The notes beneath the pieces were generated by a model. It did not search any database. It was not told the origin of the DNA and saw only the letters and a list, made by a program, of their open reading frames with translations. From positions 308,574,001 through 308,638,000 of the forward strand of contig OZ024742.1 of the NCBI GenBank assembly GCA_964016885.1: a stretch of 64,000 bases of DNA, in the 5' to 3' direction. The translations under genes and the position numbers were made by a program. Source of the stretch: Eledone cirrhosa. Its lineage: Eukaryota. Positions 12,182 to 25,740 of this stretch are shown piece after piece (positions within the stretch are counted from its first letter, which is position 1; every line of letters starts with the position of its first letter).

Positions 12182-13950
12182 CTATTTTCTTGTCGTTGTT
12201 GCTGGGTGTGTGTGTTTTGTTGTTGTGTTTGCGATGTTGGTGCTTGTGGTGGTGGTGTTGAAGGTGTTGTCGTTGTTGGCGGTGGGGTTGTCGCTGGTGG
12301 TGATGGTGGTGCTAGTGTGGGTGGTGATGGTGTTGGTGGTGTTGCTGCTGTGAGTCTCTTTGCAGTAGCCTTTACCCTTTTTTTCATTTCTTTCCTCCCT
12401 TTTCGAAGGCGACGATGCGCTGCTTCTGCGTTTGTGCCTTCTTACGACCTTTTGCCATCCCTCTCCCACCTCACACTCCATGTCTGATTCTGTGAGGTCG
12501 GGGAGGGGTACCAGCTCCACTCTTTCACTTGTTGTTGTTGGTGATGTTTGCACTGGAGTCTCTGTTGCAGCTGCATTTGGTATTACTGTTGTTGTTGTTA
12601 ATACTTCCACTGCTGCTGCTGTTTTTGATTTCCGTGGCGTGAGTATGGGTGCCACGGACCTATCGTTCCTGGTTGCCGCTTGTCCTGCTGCTGATAGCCG
12701 TGGAGCCGGTTTCGGAAGGAGGGGGGTTTTCTCCTTTCTCAGGGTCTTCTCGTTGCAGAAGGCACTGATGTGAGTCTTCGATCCACAGCGAAAGCATTTC
12801 GGGCGTTTGCCCTCAACACTTATGGGCAGTTGAGTGCCGTTATCCAAGTCTATCACATCCGGCATAACTTCGATGCACTCCTGGTCGGTTTGGATTAACA
12901 TCTCAATGGAGGTGCCGACCCAATCTTCTCTTACTTTTTTCTGTACTTGCAGTACAGTTGTTTTGTCCTCGATTCCGACGAGGACAGACGCGGCCAGCCA
13001 AGAAGGGGCCATCCCGGGGGGGACGTAGGTCAGTTTGACCCTTACAATTTTTTGCCCGCAGTAGGAGGGCACCAACACCAATTCCTCGCTCCTTAGGGTC
13101 ACTAAGGATTGAGCCTTTGCCTCCTGGGGTGTGGCAAAAAGCACGTCTACGGTGGCAAATTTCTTTCCTCGGGTGATGTGCGTTTTCCGCTGCCACACAG
13201 ACCCTAAGTCTTTTTGTATTTGAGCCTCTGTGCTCTTTCAACCCTACGGGATTTTGTGCTTACTGTATAGTACGTGACCGTACAGTGCTGTTGGGTTTCG
13301 AAAGATGTTTCGGCTGCCTTTCAGATTGCTCGGTGTCCAGTTTTTGTCACCATCTTCTTCGCTTCCTCTAATTCCTCATTTGTTATGAGGATGGTTTCCA
13401 GGTTCTTTGCGATACCTGCAAACGAGATTGGTTTTTCTTTGCTGCTATTGTTGTTGTTGTTGTTGTTGTCGTCAGAGCTGCTGTTACTTTTGTTGTTGCT
13501 GCAGGTACTACGACTACTGCCGCCGCCGCTGTTGCTGTGGTTGTTGTTATTGTTGCTGCTGCTGCTGTTGTTGTTGCTGCTAATGCTGTTGTTGTTTATA
13601 CTGCTGCTGATGCTGTTGCGGCTGCTACTGTTGTTTTCCTTGTCACTGTTATTGCTGCTGCTGTTATTACGGCTGCTACTGCTATTATTCCTGACGTCAG
13701 ACGAATGAAATGGGTTTTCGTATTTTCCGCACACCTTTTTCGTCGTTGTCGTCGTCGTCGTGGAGAAATCTTGCACGCTTTGCACGTGATTTTTCTTTTC
13801 TGGCGTCGCTTGCGAAAGAGAAGGGAGGGAGAGAGACACATTTAGAGAAGGGAGGGAGAGAGACAATCTTCTCTCTGCTGTAGTGACGATTGAGGAAGAA
13901 GAAGACGGAATGAGTGGGAGTGACCTATGAAAATTCTTTTTCGTAGCCAT
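12182..13950 (-). pseudogene. Tx1 ORF1 (gag-like, zinc knuckle), interrupted by a stop at 13321 and frameshifts
   Basis: CFRCGSKTHISAFC is CX2CX4HX4C. The S/N-rich ORF 13321..13950 precedes it; the 11500..12387 frame probably holds the true C-terminus. Confidence 0.8.
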
Positions 13951-14164
13951 GTTTTTTTTTGTTTAAAATAAATATTGGGCACAAAACCCCAATAAGCGGC
14001 TATTTAACCCCGAAGGGCCAAATAACGGGCAGAAAGACCCCTCTCACGAGGAGGAGGTTGTTTTTGTCTACAATTTGATTAAAGTTTTAAACAATTTACA
14101 ATTGTTATAGCGGTCAAAATTTACAATACCTTACAGAGCCGAGCCTCCGTCAACCATGGCATTC

Positions 14165-14233
<69 letters not shown>
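14165..14233 (+). repeat. (AAT)n microsatellite shared as insertion site by head-to-head Tx1 and Dong elements
   Basis: Pure AAT run between the two 5' ends. Confidence 0.95.
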
Positions 14234-17200
14234 TATATCAGCACAAGATCAGTGTCTGCCAACAAAAAATTACTGAGAATGAGAATGAACTTGCCAACTT
14301 GAAGGATGAAATTATGATCGAATGGATGAAAATGAAAGAATCTGACATGGGGCAACGAGACACCCTCCCTAAGATCCAGAACTCCAAACCGAACCAAAAG
14401 ATAATACACAAGACTAACATAATTCTTAAAAACATTATCATCACAAACAAACTAAACATTACTGATTTAAATCATCTCTATTATGCATCGGCTAAAGTCA
14501 CCACTCACTTATGTGGAGTGAAGATGAAAAAACAAAGGAATTCCCACAAGAAATCTACTTGGCAAGAGAACATCAATCGCCAAACAAAACTTCTCCGATC
14601 TGACATAGAAATTTTAACAAACTATAAAGTAGGTGAACATGTTAAACAAACTAAACTTAGAAAATTGAAAAGAAAGTACAGTATAAAATCAACAAGTGAC
14701 ATAGACATGCTGATAGAAATAATCAAGCAAAAAGTGTCGGCCAAAGCTACTCATATATGGCGCTTTGAAAAACGATCTAGATTCTATAAGGACAATAATA
14801 TGTTCAAAAACAACCAAAGAAACTTCTACAGAAAAATTGGTAAGTCAACAATAACTGCTAAATCAATACCACCCAAGGAGGAAGTGCAAGAATTCTGGGA
14901 AAAGATCTGGGCCGAAGAAAAAGTTCATAACATACATGCCCCATGGATAGACAAACAAATGAAATATACAGCTCACCTTGAAGAACAAATATGGGAAAAT
15001 ATAACAGTTGAACAGTTGCGCTTGGCTCTAAGAAAAACCAGCAAATGGAAATCCCCAGGAAAAGACAAAATACAAAATTTTTGGATAAATGCTTTCACAG
15101 AGTCTCATGAGCTGTTAGCCCAACTTCACAATGAAATAGTTAAGGAGCCAGAAAATATACCATCATGGCTAGTTAACGGCATTACATTCCTCCTTCCGAA
15201 GAACGATGAGACAAACAATCCCAAAAATTACAGACCGATAACTTGCTTGACCACAATGTATAAAATGTTAACATCAGTCCTAACTGAATATACATATGAC
15301 CACCTGATAACAAATGACCTATTTCCCATTGAGCAGAAAGGGTGTAAACGAGGCTCATATGGCTGTAAGGATCAGCTTTTGGTTAACAAAATGATACTGG
15401 AAGATTGTCATAATAGACACAAAAATCTATCAATTGCTTGGATAGATTATAAAAAAGCATTCGATAGTTTGCCACACAGTTGGATTGAAAAATGTTTAGA
15501 GATTTTCAAAATATCCCCCGTTGTCAGGAGGTTTTTTTCATTCAGTATGAAGACATGGAAAACGACACTCCTTTTGAATAGTGAAACAAAATCACTGGAA
15601 GCTGGAGAAGTTAATATTAATTGTGGAATTGTTCAGGGTGACTCTTTATCACCGCTTTTATTCTGCATCGCACTTATACCATTAAGTAAAATGCTCAATG
15701 AAACAAAACATGGATATAAAGTCTATGACAAAACCATTAATCACTTGTTCTACATGGATGACCTGAAACTATTTGCAAAAAATGATGAACAATTGCAAGG
15801 GCTATTATCCACTGTGGAGCAGTTCAGTGATGACATTAAAATGGAGTTTGGACTAGATAAATGCGCCAAAGCAACGTTCACCAGAGGAAAGCTGCTGAAG
15901 AGTTCAGACATTAATCTTGATCGGGGGAATGTGATAAGAGAACTTGATCAAGAAAAAACTCACAAATATCTAGGTGTTTGTGAAGGAGACGGAATCAAGC
16001 ATTCGACAATGAGGGAAAGGATAAGGAAGGAATGTTACCGCAGAGTAAGAGCAATCTTAAGAACGGAATTGAATGCAAGGAATAGGATCAATGCTATAAA
16101 CACGCTTGCCATACCAGTAGTAACCTACAGTTACAATGTCATCAACTGGTCAAGCGCAGAGATCCGTAGGCTCGCTACAAAAATTCGAAAATTCTTAACC
16201 ATGCACAGAATGCATCACCCTAAGGCAGATACAGATAGAATATATCTCCCTAGGAAAGAAGGAGGACGTGGGTTAATCCAGTTAGACATTGCGTTGAAAA
16301 CTGCAACAATTGGATTATCTACATATCTAAGGGAATCACATGATTGGATGATCAAACTCGTTTTGAAACACGAAAGCATCAAAAGATGATACTCCATTAC
16401 AAAAGATGCACAAAGATACAGTAATGGACTACACATTCCAAAAGTCCCATTTACTGCTGAAATGGAAAACACAGAAAAAGCAAAGCAGGTAAAAGTAACT
16501 GCAAAGAAAGAACTGCTACAGAAACTGGCTAAGAAATGGCAAGAAAAGCCTCTGTATGGAAAATACCCAGAGCGAGCTAACAATCCTGATGTTGACAAAA
16601 CTTTAACCCATCAGTGGTTGGCATCCTCTGGACTGAAATCGAAGACTGAAGGACTGATTATATCAGCACAAGATCAGTGTCTGCTAACAAAAAATTACCA
16701 AGCCAACATAATAAAAAATGGATGCAGCCCATTATGCCGTGTATGCAAAAAACAACCAGAGACCATTGACCATATAATTTCAATGTGCAGTCCTATAGCT
16801 CCAACCGAATACCTAAACAGGCATGACAGAGCTGCACAATACATACATTGGATAATGTGTAAGCATTTTGACCTGCACCATCAAAAGAATTGGTGGGAGC
16901 ATCAACCACCTCCCATACTTGAAAATGATCACATCTCAATATTGTGGAACTTTAGAATCCAAACAGACCGAAAAATAGATGCAAATAGACCTGATATAAT
17001 ATTGAAGGACTTTAAAAAGAGGGTATGCCTGCTAATTGATATGTCCGTTCCAATAGACAAGAATGTATCTATAAAAACATTTGAAAAATTGAGCAAGTAT
17101 AAGGACCTGGAGATAGAAATTGGAAAAATGTGGAAATTGAGAACTAAAACAATACCAGTGGTTGTAGGCGCTCTGGGAATGATACCTAAGGGGTCTAATG

Positions 17201-17450
17201 ATTACTTATCGCAAATCCCAGGAAACCCGCGTATAGGAGAAATACAAAAGATAGTACTAATGGGAACTGCCCATATACTAAGGAAGATTCTGTCAATATA
17301 AGTACATCACAAGTCTAAACACTAAAGATGCATGTGTGAGTATGTATGTTCTTTCTTGAACATGGCGGACCTTGTTGTCTCTTGGGGTCACTGGTTGTGA
17401 CTTGGTGATAACTCGTATGAACATAAAGCAAGATAAATGCAACTGTAAAA
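14232..17450 (+). mobile_element. Dong/R4-type RLE non-LTR retrotransposon, family A, 5'-truncated; one in-frame TGA at 16387-16389
   Basis: KSPGKD, YRPITCL, WIDYKKAFDS, QGDSLSP, YMDD; CRVC..HIISMC, RHD, RPD..IDMSVP..KYKDL, PVVVGALG. The two ORFs are in frame (72-nt gap). (AAT)n on both sides. Confidence 0.93.
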
Positions 17451-17473
17451 ATAATAATAATAATAATAATAAC

Positions 17474-18230
17474 ATAAACAATTTACCACATTCTGAAAAG
17501 TGGTATGAGCATAAGCCAGAGTCGGTGATAGAAAACGATCAGGTGAAGGTGCTGTGGAATTTTAGGATACATCGGACAAGAAACTGAAACACCTGACCTG
17601 GTGGTTTTGGACAAGGGAAAAAGATCGTGCCTGATTGTGGATGTGGCCTGCCCATTCAACACGAGAGTGCAAGAGAAGGAGAGGGAGAATATTAACCGAT
17701 ACCAGGACTTAAAGTGGGAGGTAAAAAGGATTTGGAACTGCCATGAAGTCAAAGTGGTCCCGATTGTCATAGGCGCACTAGATACTATCTCAAAATGTTT
17801 CCAGGGATGGTTAAAGAAAATTGGCCCCGCCACGCTTTTTGGAACGCTTCAAAAGGCATGCTTGCTGGGAACAGCAAGAACCCTCCGATATGTCCTGAAT
17901 ATCTGAGGCTGCAGGTAGTGGCTTGATATTCACTTCAACAAACTTTCCAGTTAACCAATATCAATGACTGAGACTCAAAGAATAATAATGAAGTCAAAGT
18001 GGTCCCGATTGTCATAGGCACACTAGGTACTATCTCAAAGAGGTTCCAGGGATGGTTAAAGAAAATTGGCCCCGCCCCGCTTTTTGGAACACTTCAAAAG
18101 GCATGCTTGCTGGGAACAGTAAGAACCCTCCGATACGTCCTGAATATCTGAGGCTGCAGGTAGTGGCTTGATATTCACTTCAACAAACTTTCCAGTTAAC
18201 CAACATCAATGACTGAGATTCAAAGAACAA
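17474..18230 (+). mobile_element. Two stacked 3' fragments of Dong/R4 family B (17474-17981 and 17989-18230)
   Basis: Near identical to 21630-22115; each ends ctgaga(c/t)tcaaagaa + (AAT)n. Confidence 0.9.
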
Positions 18231-18999
18231 TAATAATAATAATAATAATAATAATAATTAGGGAAGATACGCACGTGGTGGATTATAGTGTTATGGAATC
18301 GCTCCCGTAAGTTTTTGATTTTTACATATTTAAAACCACTGTGATAGAATAATTCTTATTACAAATGAAACATCAGATTACAGTTTTGACCCTCAGCAAG
18401 CGACAACGCATCATATTATGACATAGGGCCCCAATATTTAACTTCTATTTCTACTTCAACTTCAACACCATCACTACAGTACTACGATCACATCACCACC
18501 ACACCACCACTGCCTCATTATCGCCACCGCCCTATTCTCTCCTACTACCTCCTGCTAAATACTACTATCGTATCACCACCACCACTGCCTCATTATCGCT
18601 ACCGCCGCCATTCTCTCCCACTACCTCCTGCTAAGACAGAGGGATCATAGTATTCCCACTAAGTGAGGAAGTTATCAAAAGATATAAATAGACTGATGTG
18701 ATGACCCGGTCAAAAAATCAAAAAATCAAAGATCAAAATCAAAACAGCACACCAGCAAAGAAAAACGTAAAGAAAAGAAAAAAGAAAAGAAAAACAAACA
18801 AACAAACAAAAAAAAAACTAAGTCAGACATTCAAACATTACATTACAATGAAACTTAAACTTATGCTTATTTTTTTTTTTAAAGTTTTTACCTATTTATT
18901 TGTTTATTTATTTATGTTCGTCTACAGCGTGATAGTGCCATGCTAAAATTACCGGGGGTGATCAAATCACTGGGGGTGATGAAATCAACGGTGTTTATG

Positions 19000-21900
19000 T
19001 AACCATACATTCACCAATCCTCGATATGAGTGTTTAAATGTCGAACCTAAAGAGTTCGAGTAACGGTGAAGTGGACAGACTCTCATCCAGCAGGTGCTCC
19101 CTGGCCCAGCAGCAGGGACCTTGCTGTCATCCAAATAATGCTGGTGTTGGAGGAAGAAGAAGAAGGAAAGGGGCCAGAACCAACTGGACGAAAGAATTGA
19201 ATAGAACTGTTATGCAATGTTACCTGAAGAGTAACCCCAAGGAGAAAGGCTATAGGAAACGGATGTATAGCATCTGGAACGAGATTGGTATATTTAAATT
19301 GGATGAACAAAAATTGGCCGGGCAGGCTCGGGTAATAAGAACTAATGGGTGGATAAGCGAGTTGGAACTGGGGGAACTGAGCAGAGAGATTAGGTTGGAA
19401 ATGGAGAGTGGGGTGTGTCAGCAAACGAGCCAGTGGGAGATGAAGGTGAAGAGGTTGAGAGAACGGAGGAAGCATCCGAAACAGACAATGATCTGAAATA
19501 AATGATACCTGGAACAAAGATACGGCAATTGAGGAAATGAATGCTGACGGGTTAGGACAAGATTTGGTTGATATCCTAAACTTAGTGGTAGATGAAATGA
19601 ACAATGAGAGTGGGAAACCTATGAACCTAAGATTTGTAGACAGGAAAAAGTTAAAAGAAACAACAGCTAAGGTAAACAAAGTCATCCCATATCTTGAGGC
19701 GAGGAACCTTCACCAGTGCAACAATATCCTCAAAGCAACAGCAAATGCGGTGAGGAAATTACTTGGCATAAAAGCGAGAGGAAACAACAAACAAGAAAGA
19801 TCAGAATCTTGGTGGAAGAAACGACTGAATGGTCAAATCAGGGAAATGAGAAATTACATTGGAAAGCTGGAGTCCCTACTGAATGGGACACTACAAAACA
19901 TGGACACTAAAAATAGACTGGAAATAAAGTACAAAACTAGGAGGAAAAAGCCAAATATTATCATAGAGGAACTGAAGCAACGCATTGTAGCAAAGAGCGC
20001 AAAGATTAGGCGATACGAGAGCAGAGTCAATCAGTATAGACAGAACCACATGTTTGACAACAACCAGAAGATGTTGTTTGGACAGCTTGAAGGGAAAGAA
20101 AGAGGCAACGACTTGATCCCTGAGGCGGAACAAACTAAGACATTCTGGAGAGGAATATGGGAGCAGGATGTTAAACATAATGACCAGGCAGCGTGGATTG
20201 AGACAGTACAGAAGGAGATTAGTGAACAGGCACACCAACAAACTGATTTGAGTATCACAGTTGAAACTCTTAAGGGGCAGGCCAAAAAACTAACCAACTG
20301 GAAATCACCAGGCCCAGATGGTGTGCAGGGGTATTGGATTAAAAATATAACATCCCCCCACCTGAAACTGACAACCATGTTCAATGACTGCTTGATGTCA
20401 GGTGAGGTACCAGAGTGGTTGACAAAAGGCACCACAGTTCTGGTAATGAAAGACCGAACCATGGGTAATGATGTTACCAACTATAGACCTATCACATGCC
20501 TGTCCGTAACGTGGAAACTGTTAACAAGCATTGTGTCTGAGGAAATCTACCATCACCTCCACATAAACAACTTGTTACCGGACGAACAGAAAGGATGCCG
20601 AAAGAAGTCCCGTGGTATAAAGGACCAGTTACTTATTTGATAAGATAGTAATGAGGAATTGCAGGAGGAGACACACTGATCTTGCCATGGGATGGATAGA
20701 CTACAAAAAGGCATTCGACATGGTATCTCATTCTTGGATAACCAAAAGCCTAGAGATCTTCAGATTGGCAGATAACATCAGACAGTTGTTGAGCAAAAGT
20801 ATGAAGTCCTGGAAAACAGAGTTAAAATCGGGTGGATAATACTTGGGAGGCGTGAAGATCAAGAGAGGTATCTTCCAGGGAGATAGTTTGTCCTCTCTGT
20901 TGTTTGTCCTTGCCCAGATCCCCCTGACCATTATACTGCGAAAAGTGAGTGCAGGATACAAGTTGGGAAAGGGAGAGCTTACCATCAATCACCTCCTCTT
21001 CATGGACGATCTTAAGCTCTTCAGGAAGTGTGAGAAGGAGTTGGATGTGCTTGTTGACACTGTCCGTCTTTTCAGCAATGATATATGTATGCAATTTGGT
21101 ATTAGTAAGTGTGGAGTCCTTGTGATGAAGCGGAGTAAATTGAGCAGAAGCAACGGAATCCACGTACCAACAGGTGAGATGGAGAAAAACAACCTACACA
21201 AATACGTGACTGATAGTAGGGAGCCAATGCTCAGAATTGTACTGAAGGAGAGGACAATAGACCAGGGGATGTCCAAGGAGGAAATAACAACAAGGAGAAA
21301 GAGCAACCTTCATGGAAAATCCCTTCATAGTACCTTCTTTGAGAAAACTGAATTTAGAGATCCACAGACATGGAACTGGTTGAAAAGAAGAGACCTTAAA
21401 AAGGCTACAGAAGGAATGCTAATGGCTGCGCAAGAGCAGGCCCTCAAAACGAAGTGGCTGAAACACCATATTTACAAGGAGGTGGCTAGCCCATTGTGTA
21501 GGATCTGTGGGGAGACAGAGGAGATTGTGACTCACATTGTATCCGAGTGTAAACACCTAGTCCAGACTCACTATAAAGGCTGGAGACATGATGTGATGAG
21601 CAGGGTGATCCACAGGCACCTATGCAAAGTAAACAATTTACCACATTCTGAGAAGTTGTATGAGCATAAGCCAGAGTCGGTGATGGAAAACGATCAGGAG
21701 AAGGTGCTGTGGGATTTTAGGATACAGAGGGACAAGAAACTGGAACACAATAGACCTGACCTGGTGGTTTTGGACAAGGAAAAAAGATCGTGCCTGATTG
21801 TGGATGTAGCCTGCCCATTCGACGCGAGAGTGCAAGAGAAGGAGAGGGAGAATATTAACCGATACTAGGACTTAAAGTGGGAGGTAAAAAGGATTTGGAA

Positions 21901-22128
21901 CTGCCATGAGGTCAAAGTGGTCCCGATTGTCATAGGCGAACTAGGTACTATCTCAAAATGTTTCCAGGGATGGTTAAAGAAAATTGGCCCCGCCACGCTT
22001 TTTGGAACGCTTCAAAAGGCATGCTTCCTGAATATCTGAGGGTGCAGGTAGTGGCTTGATATTCATTTCAACAAACTTTCCAGTTAACTAACATCAATGA
22101 CTGAGACTCAAAGAACAATAATAATAAT
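19000..22128 (+). mobile_element. Dong/R4-type element family B, near full length, with stops, frameshifts and an internal deletion near 21180
   Basis: WTKELN..VMQCY..GYRKRM N-terminus, KSPGPDG, QGDSLS, FMDD, CRIC..HIVSEC, RHD, RPD..DVACP. The thumb region seen in family A is missing. Confidence 0.9.
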
Positions 22129-22300
22129 TGTTTCCACTTTTGGCACAAGGCCAGCAATACCTAATGCATTACTGGTACTTTATTTTATCGACCCCGTTGG
22201 GATGAATAGCAAAGTTAACCTCAGCGGGATTTGAACTCAGATCATAAAGGGCCGTAACTCTTTGCTGCAAAGCATGGCGTCCGACCCTCTACCGATACTG
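22126..22300 (-). mobile_element. OK-like SINE, tail-to-tail with Dong B at the same AAT run
   Basis: Reverse complement of the SINE consensus starts directly after aataataataatt. Confidence 0.85.
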
Positions 22301-22864
22301 AATAATAATATCGGCAACAACAAAAAGGGAAACAAAGAGAAAAAAAAGAATAGGGAAATATAGAGAAAAAGAGAAAAGGGAAGAAGAAAAAGGGCTCTGG
22401 TGTCGCAGAAGAGAGGGGGTGGTTGAAGTGGTGGGTGAATGGGCTTTGGGCCTAAGGCAAGGGGGCAGAAATGCAGCGCCGCGCGGACAAGACGGCAAAA
22501 GCATTCCCGCGGACGAATAGAAATTATAGATGAAATTTAGTAGATTGAAATTCTGAAGAAACCCAACGAATTTTACCTGTAATTAAAGGCTCCAGCTTTC
22601 TCACACACAGTGTCATGCTGATTCTGATTCTATTCGAGGATTATGTTAAGCATACATGTGTTTCTGGAATAGCCAGTTCCTTACATGATAATTCAATGCG
22701 CAGATAGTTGATCCAATAAATAAATACCTATCGTAGGATCTGACAGGGATCAATTTTCTGGAATTGCATTCAGTAATGTGCCCTTCTCCTTTTTATGACG
22801 GCGGTTTATGATATAAAGGAGATTTCGCTATTATTGTTCGCATACCAAGCTCTCCGCTTTTTTG

Positions 22865-23262
22865 AATTGCCAGAGTCGGTAGAGCTTCGGACAATATGCT
22901 TTGCGACATAGAGTGGCGGCCCTTTACGCTATGAGTTCAAATTCCACCGGGGTTAGCTTTGCCTTTCATCTTTACGGGGTCGATAAAAGGAAGTAGCAGT
23001 AACGTACTGGAGTCGATTTAATCGACTTTGCTCTCCCCCAAACATTGTTGGTCTTGTGCCTAAATCAGAAAGCAGGTGTATGGCAGTATCGGTAGAGGAT
23101 CTGACGCCATGCTTTGCAGCAAAGAGTTACGGCCCTTGCCATTCTGAGTTCAAATCCCGCCGAGGTTATATTTGCCTTTCATCCTTACGGGGTCGAGAAA
23201 ATAAAGTACCAGTAATACACTGGAATAATTGCTGGCCTTGTGTCAAAAGTAGAAACAATTAT
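22865..23262 (+). mobile_element. Two tandem OK-like SINEs
   Basis: ggcagtatcggtagag head, gagttcaaat B-box-like motif, conserved core and tail. Confidence 0.85.
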
Positions 23263-23859
23263 TTTCATATCAGCATTTATTTTTCTAAAATGATTCATAC
23301 TATCCCAGCCCACGATAAAAATAGTACCAATCTCGTAAAGGGATCAAATTTTCCTCTACATTTCTTTCTCGCCTTTTTTCTATCACTCTCTATCATTCTC
23401 TGGATGAAATTTGCTGTATTCAGAACTGGAAATGAGATGAACTCCGCCAGGTTTAAAAATGCCTTAAGAATGCCCTATGTCGATGGCACCTCTACAAATT
23501 CCTCGGGAGTTACGGGACCATACCATCCTAGCCCTACATAATCCCCATATAAACATCCTCCATTACTTTATATTCACTCACCCTGAAGTCTTTCGAGAAA
23601 TCTTCGCTTGTTTACACTATTCTTCTATACCTTTATTCGAATCACAGATTAACGCTGCCATCCGCAATATACTAGTGGTGAACGTTCTCTGTCCAATACC
23701 AATTATCTTTAATGTTAAAATGAGTTGTATCCAGCTGGATCGTATTTCTACCTTTCAAATATAAATCCACTTGAGTAAATATATTCTGCCCATAAACGAA
23801 ATCGAAATTGCTTTGTGGCGTCATTTCCCTGATGTTAAAGATATATGTTTAAGTGTTTT

Positions 23860-23881
23860 ATACATATATACATATATATAT

Positions 23882-23952
<71 letters not shown>

Positions 23953-23975
23953 GCATATAATATATGTTTGTGTGA

Positions 23976-24021
<46 letters not shown>

Positions 24022-24178
24022 ATATATATAAGTATATATATATATATATGTATATATATAAATATATATTAATATATATGTATATATATAAATATACATA
24101 TATATATATACTTATATATATATATATATATACATATATATATACTTATATTTATATATATATACATATATATATACT

Positions 24179-24257
<79 letters not shown>

Positions 24258-24280
24258 TCACACAAACATTATATTATATG

Positions 24281-24330
<50 letters not shown>
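23860..24330. repeat. (TA)n compound microsatellite
   Basis: Visible directly. Confidence 0.95.
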
Positions 24331-24331
<1 letters not shown>

Positions 24332-25328
24332 TTGTTTGTCTGCACATCTTACTGCATGAACCAATTAGATTGCAATGTTATATCGTATGTTGCAAGTTGT
24401 TTTTATCATTTTTTTTTTCGGTGATTATATCGACCTCTCTGGGCGGTATTAAGATTAGGCCATTGATAAAACGTGAACGTCTGAACGTAAGAATATTTAT
24501 GATTCGCTATAATTGCGCACACCTCATTGATTTATTATGAAAGGAGAACAAGTTAAAGCATTGAGTCTTATGTTCCAAACCGAGTTGATGTTGTATGTTC
24601 GAAAAAGATAAGTATCTGCTCTAGCATTGGAAGGACCTGTGATACAGCAGTAAATATTTAGGTAGGAGTGTTTCCGCAAAAGATTTATTTAGGGTAGTTT
24701 TATGTCAGAAAACATTAATTATAAAAATATAAAGTACCAGTAATGTACTGGGTATTTGCTGACCTTGTGCCAAAAGTAGAAACAATTATTTATAAAGTAG
24801 AAATGTTTCTTGTTCTGTCGATGATTGACACGGGTCCACAGGTTTTATAGCAGGCAAAGTTGTCCATGTTTTATAACTAAAGCTTGTAAACATGTGGTTC
24901 GTAGTTTAAAGAATTCTCAAATGAATAATATTTCTCAAATGTAGAGGTTTCCTGTGACATTAATACCATTCGGCAGCGTTTGTTCAATAAACTTCCGTTG
25001 TATGGCAGATACCAATTATCTAAGATTGCATATCAGTGGTGTAATTTTTCATGAAACAACGTAAACATACATCTCGCGTGTATAATTATATGTGTGAGGA
25101 ACAGCTTGTCTTTTTGAAATATCTTAAAAGCACGAAGGAGTTTTAGCTTTATCTTTTGTTTTTCGTTTGTTTTCATATTTTTGTATGAAATCGTTGCAGT
25201 TTATAAACCTTCATAGTTTCATCTCCTAGATGAAGTGATGCTGCTTCCTTATAGTGAGTAGATTCAACAGGATTAGTGTAGATATTAACACCACAATATG
25301 AAGTTTAGACCGTTAGATTTATACGTTA

Positions 25329-25378
25329 CTAGATGAAGGCGACGTCTTCCCCTTCTTTCTGTCTCACACACACACACA

Positions 25379-25463
<85 letters not shown>

Positions 25464-25740
25464 AACAAATGAAGTTCGTTTTCACTATTTATGTTCATCT
25501 TTGTCGCTTCCCCCCCCCCTCTATATATATATATATATATATACATCTAGATGAGGGCGACGTCATAACTTTCTGTCTATCTATCTCTTTCTGTCACCTC
25601 GAAAACACACGGTGTTCCCTTTTCTCCCTCTATGCACATATCTCTCGCTTGGCGCTTCTTCTCTCTATATAAAGTGACCTTGAAGGACAGAGGGATGAAC
25701 GGACAGACAGAGACAGATAGCGCTCTTATTATAATATAGA
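25329..25740 (-). mobile_element. Non-autonomous Helitron-like element
   Basis: Minus strand starts A|TCTATATTATAATAAG, has ctgt-like repeats and ends CTAG|T. The 3' end is duplicated at 25548. Confidence 0.55.

Larger units (their letters stand above)
8107..14164 (-). mobile_element. Near full-length Tx1-type LINE inserted in (ATT)n
   Basis: ORF1 with CCHC knuckle and ORF2 with APE+RT+Zn finger. 5' end abuts (AAT)n at 14165; 3' end is aataaagaaatc followed by (ATT)n. Confidence 0.93.
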
